Shown here: positions 12,917 to 23,316 of the stretch, piece after piece
How positions within the stretch are numbered: position 1 is the first letter of the stretch
How the letters are laid out: every line of letters starts with the position of its first letter
Assembly: GCA_965202585.1 (NCBI GenBank)
Contig: OZ241831.1
Span: forward strand, 41,168,001-41,232,000
DNA: 64,000 bases
Reading direction: 5' to 3'
From: Thalia democratica
Taxonomy: Eukaryota
Program-made: the position numbers and the translations under genes
The notes under the pieces: generated by a model
Told to the model about the DNA's origin: nothing
The model's database searches: none
Seen by the model: the letters and a program-made list of their open reading frames with translations, nothing else

Positions 12917-13045
12917 GGATATACCAGTGCCTACTATCAGGCTAATTACAACAAAAATATCAATAAATTACAAATAATAAATATGCACGCCACGTACTCA
13001 AGTACTTCCAAATGTTAACAGTACTATAAGTTTAATGATACAAAG
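12917..13045. repeat. Module M11 (CGTACTCAAGTACTTCC), copy 1 of 3
   Basis: Also at 30531-30670 and 54148-54288. Confidence 0.8.
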
Positions 13046-14734
13046 ATAAATTTTAAGATTTTTGTTAAAAAACTTAAGGTTAAGTTTTTTAACTGTGAAT
13101 GTTTTAAATATTTTTGTCATTAGTAAAAAAAACTTGTAGTAGTTATACATAGTTCTTTTTATAAGTTTAAAGTTTTAATTATCAACAAAGTTTTCAAATA
13201 CGTTGTTCAAAAAACTTTATTCTGTACAAAGTTTCCATGTAAAGTAATTTTGAATAAAAAAAACGTATAGATAATATAGAAAATTTATATAACGTTTATT
13301 GTTATCTATTAAGTGAAAGTTTTTCAAGTAAAAGAAATCTCCTTTATTAAATATAACTCAGTAGACATGCTTTTAGTAAGGAGATCAAAAACGAATTGAA
13401 AGATTACACCTTATAAACAGACATTTACATTCTTTAAAAGTATTGTTAAGATAATACCGAGTTTTGCAGAAAATACCATTTTATGTTTTGTTCAACTTAC
13501 AGTAAAATTAAACTGTTTGCTTTATTAAAGGTAAAAAAGGTTTTTTTTCATATAATTCTAACTTATTTTTTAAGTTCAAAATGGCTTAACTAATGTTGTT
13601 TTATTTTGAGAACATGCTAAACGTTAATATTTGTTTAGTATCAATTATGATAATTGTTATTTCTTGTTACAAAGTTTATATTGCTTTAGACTATCGCGAG
13701 TTTTTGTTTTTTGATAACAGTATAAATTAAAAAAAAAATCAAAACAACAAAATAAAAAATTATTGTATTTTGTCAAAATTGGCTAAAAAAATGTTATTTA
13801 ATTTATCAAATAAATACATGAACATATTTAAAAAACTTTCATAATGTTTGTTTGAATAAAGTTAATTTTAAATACTAAAAGCTTGTTAGAAAGAAATTAT
13901 ATGAAATTATTAAAACAGTTATATTGTAAGATAAAAAGTTTAATGCTTTAATAAACTGTTATAGTTTATAAGTTAACTCTAGTTTTATAAAAGTTCATAA
14001 AAATCGTAGTGTATTTAAAATGTTTTAAATTATTTTTTGTGAGATTTAAATATAAGTTAAATACAGTTGTGATAAAACAATTAAGCTAAATAACAAAAAT
14101 TCTTATTACAATGTCAAAATATTAAAACAAGCTAAAGGAAAAACAGTACAAAAACTGTATTGCAAGAAAATAAAAATCAAAATTCAAACCAAACTATGAC
14201 ACATGTATAAATAGTTATTGCAATAATACGATTAGTATGTACTTAAGTATTCAATTAATTACTTAATAAAAATATATTTTAAGTATGTTTCAAACGTTTT
14301 TATTTATTTACATCTTATAATGTTAAAAAAACTTTACTGTAAATAACTTGCAAACAAAGGTCGTTTGTAAATAACGAGCGAAGTCATACTTTTACAATAA
14401 AAATTGCAACTACAATATGTTGTAGTAAAATTTTTATATATTAAATTTTAAATGGCTTATTGCCTTTTGTATTTAAATTTAAAGTATAGTGTATAAGATA
14501 TAACAAGATATAACAAAATACATATTAAAATTGAGCAAATAAGCTTGATAATAATAAAGTATAAGTTTATATATAATAAAATCATTGACATTGAAAGTTT
14601 AAAAAAAAAAGTTAAAAAACACACATAAACTAGTTGATACTTTTCATTAAACGACAAAATTAAAAATATCTGACCCATAGCTAATATTTTTGAAACATAT
14701 TTGTATACTTCAGAAATATTTATAGCATATAAAG

Positions 14735-14848
14735 TTAGTAATGACAGAATTTTTGATTCTGGTAACATTCGTGCTTCTTCAAATGTCGTTCTAAATTTGC
14801 CGCTTGTCCAAATGACCTACCGCATATATCACATGTAAAAGGTCTTTC
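14735..14848 (-). CDS. Copy B exon 7: ZF10 and stop
   Basis: ttttcag|GAAAGACCT; [27 protein letters not shown] matches the last EVI1 finger. Confidence 0.92.
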   Translation of the reverse strand, partial: ERPFTCDICGRSFGQAANLERHLKKHECYQNQKFCHY

Positions 14849-17800
14849 CTGAAAAGTATTGTAACTTTTTATAGTGTAGTAAGTATAATTATTTATGTTT
14901 TAAATTTGTATGGTTTACTATTTAAACAGGTTAAAAAATAATTAAAACTGTTTTTTGGTTTTCTAAAGTATTTTTTATAAGAAAAATAAAGTATTTTTTC
15001 AACGAGTCTTAACAAGTAATTAATAGCTTATAGTTTAGACTAGTTTATAGAAAGGGCCTTTTCAGAGAAATTAGGTTATTGGTTCTGAGACATATAAGTT
15101 TAGCCTTTATAATACCTTGTTTTGTTACAATATTTACTTGTTTTATACACTAACCTTTTTGTGAATATTTCTGATATGGCGTTGCAAATTAGAGGAAATT
15201 GAGAAACTACGATTGCACAATTTACATTTGTAAGGTTGTTCCCCCGTGTGAGTCCTCAAATGTCTTGTCAAGTTTGCACTTCGGGGAAAAAACTTTCCAC
15301 AAAACTTGCATTTATACTTTTCTTTGCTGCTTTGCTGCGTTACTAAACGGTTCTTATTGGTGTTATTTGGAAAGTAATGCTTAAAATTTGCATAAGGATG
15401 AGAAATAACTCGGTTTTTAACCTTATTGTGTTTCTTTGTTTTAAATTGCTTTTGACTGTCCAAAAAATTTGGTTCTGAATCATTAGCGTCTGAGGACACT
15501 AAATTTTCAGATGACTGGTTCAGGGCACTTGCATTTGAGCTGTAAGAACCTGGGTCAGAAATCGGTGGAGAAAATAAAAATCTTTGTTGCTCAGTTGATT
15601 TTATTAAACTGTCTGTTGTATTGTTAAGTTTGTATCCAGATGAACTTGCATTTTCAAGCAATTTTGAATTATTCATTTTATCAAATCTTTTAAACCCTTT
15701 AAGTTGGTTTTCACTCAAGCTTTTGTTGTTAAATTGAGATTGAAAACTATTTTGTCCTTTCACTGTGTCCATGTTAGTTTGAATATTTTTAAGTATTTGA
15801 CTGTACATATGAGGATACAAAGTAGCCATGTATTGAGCTAGAAGCAACTGGTATTTGTATAAAGACATTGAGTGTTGTAGACTTTTATTTTGATAAGACA
15901 GAAAAAAAGGATAGTTTTTATTATATTGGTTGAAAGAAGCTGGATTCTGATACAACGAATTTGCACAAGGGTTTAAGCTAGATGAGTTATTCGAAGTATT
16001 ATAATTGTTTTTCAAGTTTAAATTTTGATAATTGTTTTTAAAACCACACTTAAGGGTATTTAAGCTAAAAAATTTGCTTCGAATATGGTTTTTTGGTAGA
16101 TTTTCATAAATTTCTGGTTGGTTCTTCTTAAAATGCGATGAATTATGATTACCAGTTGTTTTAACAGTATAAAAGTCAGTTTGAACAGACTTATCTAGTT
16201 GGTATATATTTTGAACAACTATTGTTAGAGACTGTTCAAAACTTTTTGAATTTGCTTTTAAAATATAGGGATAACTAGAGGATGTATTTGGAAAACCAAT
16301 ATGCAGTTCTTTAACAGAAAAAGCTGAATCAGAAGAATTGTTACATTGTACTTGAGCATGAGCCATTGTTTTCTTACTTTTTTGTAACTTATTAGCACTT
16401 GTCTGTTGAGTTTCAATTGATGCTGAATCAAATGGAGAAACATTTGTTTGAAAAGGGAGTTGAAAAAAGTTGTGATTATTTTCATGTTGAACGAAGGAAG
16501 GTAAATGTGACGCCAGAAGTGGAAAATATGCTGATGTATTTTGTTTGAAGAAATCTAGAAAATAACAAACATGTACTTTTAGAAAAAAAATACATTGTAA
16601 TTATCATATGTTTTAATATAATAAGCTTTATTATCGACTTAAAAGATAAGAATACTTTTTTAGTAAACAATATATATTTGTTCGATTAAACAAGTATCGT
16701 TGATTTATGCGTGATGTTACCATGAGTTTAATTTGACTTATAAAACAGTTGTATATATTTAAAAAAACTTGCAACTTGAAACTTTTTTTTTTCTTCAACA
16801 TTTTGTTAAGTTTAAAGCTTTTTTAATCTTATCTCTAATTCTTTTAAAAACATAAATGAAATGTTAATTAGTTTCGAATATTGATATAAAATTTTAAAAC
16901 TAATTATGATGTCGTTTTACTAAGCTATAAAAAATATGATATTTAACCGAAAATTAATAACGCTTCTTTTCACTTTAAAAATGAGTTAGAGATAAAATTA
17001 AAATAGCTTAAAGTTTACAAGTTTTAGAAAATCAAAAGTATATTGTTGTTCATTTGCAAATCGTACTTTGATATAAAAAAATTCTTTCGACCATAGAATT
17101 AATAATAAGAGTTGTATATATAAATGTAATTTTATTTTCTGTTGAAATTTTTTTATACTATGACTTGATTTAATGTACTGTAAAAGTTAACGAAAGAAAA
17201 TTTTCAAGATAAATTTAGTTAATTAATGAATCATGTAATAAGTTTTGTAATATTTTCACAAAACTCGAATTTAATTAGCAGAAAAACATAGTTTAAGCGT
17301 AATACAAAAGAAAAATAGCGATGTTCAAACAAAAAGATAGCAAACAATATTGTTTTATCTGTTTCTGTAGAAGCCTTTATTTTATCACTTATCACTGTGA
17401 ATTAGCATTTTTAGTTTCTTGATTTGGGGAGTGCTTTGATGAAACAAAAATAATTTATGTTACTGATAAAAACTTAAATCTTATCATCGGCACTGACTGC
17501 CGGTATTTAGTAGAGCAGTTTTTGCTGCATAACTTAAAGATAAAAACTGTTTTGCTACTTTGAAGTATAAGCTTTACGATTTAGTTTTTAACAACCTATT
17601 ATATTACAAATAGTAGACAAATAATTGACAAAGTAACTTTTTATTCGTAATACTTTTAAGCTCTATAGTTAAATTTAGTTGTTTGAAACTAAATGTATAA
17701 AACTTAATTAAACTAACTGTTTTGTAGCAATTGTCCAAACTTATTTTTATTAGTTTTTTCACAAAATCTGCGATGTTTCGCCAATGAACTTGAGTTTGAA

Positions 17801-20531
17801 AATATTTGATTGCAATCAACACATTTTGTTTGAGTTCTGCATTTTACATGCATTCGTTTGTGACGACATAGATTGCTAAACTGTTTAGAAAAGAAAATTT
17901 CATTATTATAAAATACTATAAACTAGCATACTTGTATGCTATTTTTATGTACATTTGTTGTTATTTTAAAACTCTTTCGTTAGTAGACTAAAGTTATGTT
18001 ACTATTCGTTACAAAAAACTGCTTTACTAAAAGTTTAAAAATAAAATGCTTAGTAGCTTTAAACATAATATTATAAAGTTATTGTTTACTTAATATTTTT
18101 AAAAACTTATAATTTAAAATTTTGAAAAAATAGCTGTTTTGATTTTTAAAGTTTTTTTTTTCATGCTTTTTATTATTGTTATGTGAATACTGTTATTGCT
18201 TAACAAAAATGCTATCAAAGCAAAATTATTTGATGACTTCAAACAAATTTTGGTAGCCCTTTCACTTGATATTTACTTTGTATCGTTTTCTTTACAGAGA
18301 ATACAAAGCTATGCTAAAACTTGAAGGTAAGCAGTTTTTTTTTGATTACTTTGCATTTAATGTCTCATTTAAGTATTAAGTTAAAAAATCAACTTTAAGA
18401 TAAAATTTTCTATACTGAAACTAAACAAATGAAATTAATATTTCCAAATCTTTTTAGAATATAAAAAAATATCAAAACTTTAGTAATTTTTATTGTTAAT
18501 TGAAACAACTTTATCAAATCAATTTAAACAATTAAAAATTTTTAGTCATTTTTTATTTTCTGAAACTTAAAATTGATATAAATTTTTAGCGACTCAAAAG
18601 TTTTTAATTCTGTGTTTTTACTTGTAAGAGCAAAAATAAAAACAGCTTTACAAAATTTATGATCAAGCTTTAGATACGTATTACATGGTTATAAATCCTA
18701 TGTTTTATGTATTCCAAATATAAGTAACAGTATACCATGATAAAATTAAAAGTTATTTTTTTTAAATGTTTGTAAACTTAACACATATTTTTTTGTTCTA
18801 AAGCAATAAAGTTTATGTTTAAAATGTATAAGTTTATAAAATTTTCCAGAGTTTAATGTTAGATTTTTTTTTCTTGTAGCAATTTCTTATGACGACATAC
18901 CTGTGTATATGACTTGTGACAAACTTCACAGGTGAACGGTTTCACGCTGCTGTGCATGTGCTGATATTGTTTCAAACCGCTCGAAGTTGCAAATGTCTTT
19001 CCACACTCCGGACACGCGTGAGATCTCGCTCCGATGTGACGCTCCCGGATGTGTTTCTGAAGAGATGACGAATCGGTGAATGTCGAATCACAATGCTCGC
19101 ATTTAAACCTAAAATATAAAACCTTAGTTTTGTAGGTGTTTTATAAGCTTCATAGTACAATACAAAAAATAATTGTCAGTTAGACTTTTTTTATTTGAGT
19201 TTTTCAACATTACTTATAATGTTATAACTGTGATTCAATATTTATATGACCATCAAAACAAAACAACTTACAAATTGCATTTTGTATATTTGTTAGTAAT
19301 TCATCACATGTTTTAAAACTTTAAAAAACATTTATAGTTTTAGATTTTTTTTTGATTTCAAGGTCTATAGATTATAATGTTTAGGTTAAAGTGTTAATCT
19401 AAAGCTCTAATAAACATTTATTTCAATTTTTATTAATTAAACTTTTTTTAGTTAAAAGGAATAAATTTGTAAAAGTTATAAAAGTACTGTTTCGTAATAA
19501 AATGTTTAATTATTGTTAATAGTAAAAAAAATGACTGTAGCGTACTTAGATAAAATTAATAAATTATATTATGAAATCTTCTATTTGATGTTAAAAAAAT
19601 TTGTTGTTGTAAAATAAAACAGCTCTTTCACTATGAGTTTAACAAAAATTTACTTATGCGAAATAGTTTTAGTAGTGTAAACATTAAGAATTATAAACTA
19701 CTATATGATTACATGTACTTTTAAAATGGCTGAATTCGATAAGTAAACACATATCAGTAGCATATACTTATCATATTTCTCCATATAAGTTTGTAAAACA
19801 AAGTATAATATTGTTTCCTTATTCAAAACTATTAGCATACTTACTCGTTTAAAGTATTTAGATGGAAATTGGGTACAGCAGTTTTTGGTTGAAATGTATA
19901 TTGAAGTGAAATAGTTTCTTTTTCTAAAATATTTGTTGTTGGTAAATAGTAAACTTTAGTTTTTCAAAACCAATAACAAGCAAATTTATAAAAACTGCTG
20001 TCGATTTTCAAAAAGCTTTAGATTGTTTTTAATCTTTAGATCACTTTTTTACCTTTAGATTATTGCAAAATAAGCAACTAAGACATCTTGAACATAACGT
20101 AATTTTAACTACTTATTTATTAAAGTTTTTTGGTTTGATTACCTTATTAAACTGACACTTAATGTCATTACTTACGTAGGTTAGTATCTAGTGATCAAAT
20201 ATACCAGTTGTTATGACAACGTAAATAACCTATCAAAAGATCAATTGCGCAATCAAAGTGTTATTGGTAATTTATCAACAAAAAATTAGTCAAAATATTT
20301 GTCACTCATAGTATCTAACTTTTTTTCTTACAAATTATTTTAAACTATCTAACATTTGTAGAAAATCGTAATCTTTGTCTTCCTTGTATTAGTTAATGTT
20401 TTTAAATACTTGAATTAATGAACTTAACTACCTTGTTTTTGAATTTTAACTTCTTGTTTATTAGTTCCATAAGGTATTTGATATTTTTGCATATTTTGCC
20501 AAGGAGCAACTTCTGCATATTTTGCTTCCAT
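14735..20531 (-). CDS. MECOM-like: Copy B: 7-exon PR-less EVI1/MECOM-PRDM16/Hamlet-like zinc-finger transcription factor, 691 aa; ZF5 zinc-ligand His replaced by Tyr
   Basis: Exons 20432-20531, 20176-20187, 19845-19923, 18901-19108, 17718-17880, 15155-16554 and 14735-14848 sum to 2076 nt with all phases compatible and GT-AG introns. Starts [17 protein letters not shown], ends [37 protein letters not shown]. Confidence 0.9.
15155..16554 (-). CDS. Copy B exon 6 (1400 nt): N/S/Q/K-rich spacer plus ZF8-9
   Basis: Includes ORF 15143-16366, and the frame stays open up to acceptor ttctag at 16555; donor AAG|gttagt; [10 protein letters not shown] and SISSNLQRH helices. Confidence 0.93.
17316..17560. 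promoter_or_regulatory. Conserved non-coding element X in intron 5 of copy B
   Basis: Aligns to 33884-34110 and 60877-61125; invariant core ACTGCCGGTATTTAGTA; clustered TTATC (GATAA) motifs. Confidence 0.65.
17718..17880 (-). CDS. Copy B exon 5 (163 nt): end of ZF6 and C2HC ZF7
   Basis: aaacag|[45 protein letters not shown]|gttagt. Confidence 0.93.
18208..18335. other. Conserved non-coding element Y in intron 4 of copy B
   Basis: Aligns to 34708-34835 and 61756-61885 (GTAGCC(C/T)TTTCACTTGATATTTACTTT ... AGAGAATACAAAGCT), while the rest of the intron is diverged. Confidence 0.65.
18901..19108 (-). CDS. Copy B exon 4 (208 nt): ZF4-6
   Basis: ttttag|..CAG|gtatgt; 4 nt differences from copy A, including LKQH->LKQY and HIH->HMH. 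Confidence 0.95.
19845..19923 (-). CDS. Copy B exon 3 (79 nt)
   Basis: ttttag|..|gtaagt; [26 protein letters not shown], open and in phase. Confidence 0.82.
20176..20187 (-). CDS. Copy B exon 2: 12-nt microexon ATACTAACCTAC
   Basis: tcactag|12 nt|gtaagt; adds DTNL in frame. Confidence 0.72.
20432..20531 (-). CDS. Copy B exon 1 coding part
   Basis: [33 protein letters not shown]; donor CAAG|gtagtt; in-frame TAA 14 codons upstream; strongly conserved with copy D. Confidence 0.78.
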
Positions 20532-20586
20532 TCCACACTTTTGGTTTTGTTTTAAAGATGATTCAGTCGTTTAAGATTTAATACAT

Positions 20587-20594
20587 TATTTATA
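20587..20594 (-). promoter_or_regulatory. Candidate TATA box of copy B (TATAAATA)
   Basis: GTTATAAATA lies 56-63 nt upstream of the ATG; the same motif sits at nearly the same spacing in copy D. The AT-rich background lowers specificity. Confidence 0.4.
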
Positions 20595-22314
20595 ACATAT
20601 GAAATCTAGACTATTTAAAAGTTAACAGTAAACATTTTCAACTAAAAATATTATTGGAAATAATGATAAGCTAAGTATATTATTAGTTAAAACATTGTAT
20701 CCACATACATATAGTTTCATTTAAATTTATATCATAATGCAATCCTTTGTCTTTCTTTAAACTTTTATTCGTTTTATTATGTTGAAGTTGTTTCTACTTA
20801 GGTTACAAATAAAAACTAAATAAACTATACTGTTCTGAAGTGAATGTCATTTAGAAAAAAAAACGTAAGTTTTCTAACTATTATACTCTTAATAAAAATC
20901 TGAAGTCTTAAATTCTTAAATATCAGGAAGTTCTTAAATTGAAACTTTTAAATGAACTAATTAATAATTTATATGTTAAATACACTCTGTACGACTTAAA
21001 AAACGTTGAAAGTTATATATGATAGGTGTTTTTTTTTCAATTTCTGTAAAAAAAATACTATTAACTAATAAAAATTAAAGTTATACACTAAAACAGAAAA
21101 ACAATTTTACAAGCTTTCCTAAATCTAAAACAGTCTTACATCAGCTTTAAACCCATTTAACTGTTAAGATTAAGTAAATCGTGTTTAAAAATGTGTTCTC
21201 TCAGTTGTAGCCTTTTTTTTTTCGAGATGGCGACGTTCGAAAAAAGAACTTTTTTTTGTCTTAAAACTATCATATTTGAATAAAACATTTGACTTATTTT
21301 TTCAAGCTACTTAATTATACATTTTGATTTAATTATATTAATAAATTTTACTGTTTAGTCTTTTAGTTAAAACTTTAAAGAAGCTAAATAAATTATACAG
21401 CAAAATAAATGTTAATTAAATAATAGCTTTACTTAGAACCTGTATTAAAAATGTATTATTTGCTATTAAATAAATATAACTGTTTTAATGTTAAGATTTT
21501 TTTTTGATATGCTTAGATTTTGTTTATTACTTAATGTTTAACAATTTTAAAAACACATATATACTAACTGATCAAATTAACTTTTATTGAAATATTTTCA
21601 GTTATTACTTTTAATTTGGTTAAAGCGCCGACTTTTTACAGTATTTACACAATTTATTGGAATTATTAATCTAAGTTTTACTTACAAATATACAGTTACT
21701 ATTCCAAATAAAATTAAATGCAATGTTATTGAATTAAACATATAAAACTTTTAATACAAAAAGTTTAAAAACAAATATTTCGAACTAAACTAAAATTTTA
21801 ACTTAATTCATAGTTCAGTAATACTTCATAAGTTCTTTTTTGATTTAAAACTCAGTGTTTAAAATTTAATACAATTCAAAAATTACTTTTTATTACTTAC
21901 TTGAGTTTTTTGGTATAACATACTTAAATTATCATTGAAAGCTTAAATTGATAAATTCTCTTTTGTTTTAATTTCAAAACTTAACATTGAAAGTTTACAT
22001 GTATGCTCAAACAAGATGATGTTAATAAAAAGAGAAACGAAGTTTTGATTACAACTAAAATCAATTCTTCGTCTTGTTATATTATCTTTAGCTATTATCA
22101 TAAAACATTTTGTCAATTAAAAACTTTAAGAACTGTTTTAAACTTTAAAACATTTGCATTTTCGTTAAGATTAAACTAAAAGGTATCAGAATGTTTTTTT
22201 AACCAAACCTTTAATATTATAACACGATAATAAGGATTTATGCAAACTTAAATTTTGTAATAGTACTATGAAGTTAGTTAAGCTGCTAGCAAAAGCGTAT
22301 AGCGATATATAACG

Positions 22315-22440
22315 AAAAACCTTAAGCTTGTTAGTCGGCCTTTTCAAAGATGAAACAAAAAAGATAGATGCAAAACAGAAACCTCAAGTTAATTTGACGA
22401 TATATTATGTCATTTTTATTCTGTGTAACATCAAAAACTT
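22315..22440. repeat. Conserved non-coding module (homologues at 43368-43495 and, weaker, 3825-3895)
   Basis: CTTAAGCTT..AAGATAGAT(G/A)CAAAACAGAAA..AATTTGACGA..GTCATTTTTATTCTG. Confidence 0.65.
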
Positions 22441-22896
22441 AACAAAAATAAAAAAATCAACTTACGAAGCAAACTATAAAAAATATTGTAAAGTTTGTTT
22501 CAAATTTAACTTTGTACTAAAATTATTAATCGTAAACTCAATATGTTCTTAACTTATTAACTTGTTTATAACTTTAATAGATCAAGCTAATTTATTTTAC
22601 AATAATAAATGAGTTTTTTCAAGTTGCATAAAAAATCTCAAAGTTTAAACTTATAGTGTTCTGTTACAATAGTCAGGTTAATTGATTTTAAAAATTTGAT
22701 TAAAATATTTTAATTTGATAAAAACAATAGTATAAATATGGTTTAAAATATCTAAGGTAATACTTATCTGTTGTAAACAAAGAAATATTGTTAGCTTAGA
22801 AAGTCTAGATTAAAACAAGATAAATCTGAAAAACGAATACAAAAATTACTTAATTAATCATTCGATAGTTTAATAGGTTATCTTTAACCAAATTTA

Positions 22897-23316
22897 AAGA
22901 AGCACGAGTATTTACGAGGTGAATTTTAGTTTGCATAAAAACTACAATTTGTTTGAGTTGATGCGTTCAATTGGCATAAATCGAAAACTTGAACTCTCAT
23001 TATCATCATTTAAAATATATTAAATAAACACTGCGCTTAAAATTAAAACAAAAGCCACAAAAATAACTAAATTTGGTAAACTCAACCTAACTTAGTTTTA
23101 TTTATACTTAAATTCATATGATAATGAGTTACTACTAGTTAGTTTAGTACTTTTGGTTTGATTCCAGTTCTTTTTTTTCTATACTTGTTTGATTTTCAAT
23201 TTGGTCAATTTAAAGGACATGTACTTTTGAATTGTTAAAATCAACATACTAGAGAGGCCATCTTTGTTAGTAAATAGCTTCATTTAGCAATACCAACATG
23301 ATAATAGGTTCAATGG
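22897..23316 (-). repeat. Inverted copy of modules M9+M8
   Basis: Reverse-complement matches, e.g. AAAATCAACATA..TAGCAATACCAACATGATAATAGG. Confidence 0.75.

Noticed and set aside
14457-14768. 103-aa minus-strand ORF ([11 protein letters not shown]...)
   Set aside because: Out of frame with exon 7, runs through the AT-rich 3' UTR and is not preserved in copies C or D.
16258-16670. ORFs 16258-16485 and 16482-16670 (and 33244-33534, 33313-33495 in copy C)
   Set aside because: Alternative-frame or antisense shadows of exon 6 and its acceptor region.
18208-18335. Element Y as a C/D-box snoRNA (TGATGA present)
   Set aside because: The box is on the strand opposite the host gene, and there is no properly placed CTGA D box or terminal stem.
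17604-19160. ORFs 17604-17822 and 18972-19160
   Set aside because: Wrong-frame readings of exons 5 and 4; the finger-encoding frames are different.
22328-22552. 74-aa plus-strand ORF over a conserved module
   Set aside because: Differences from the 43368-43495 homologue are nearly all non-synonymous and the 3825-3895 copy has indels; not coding.
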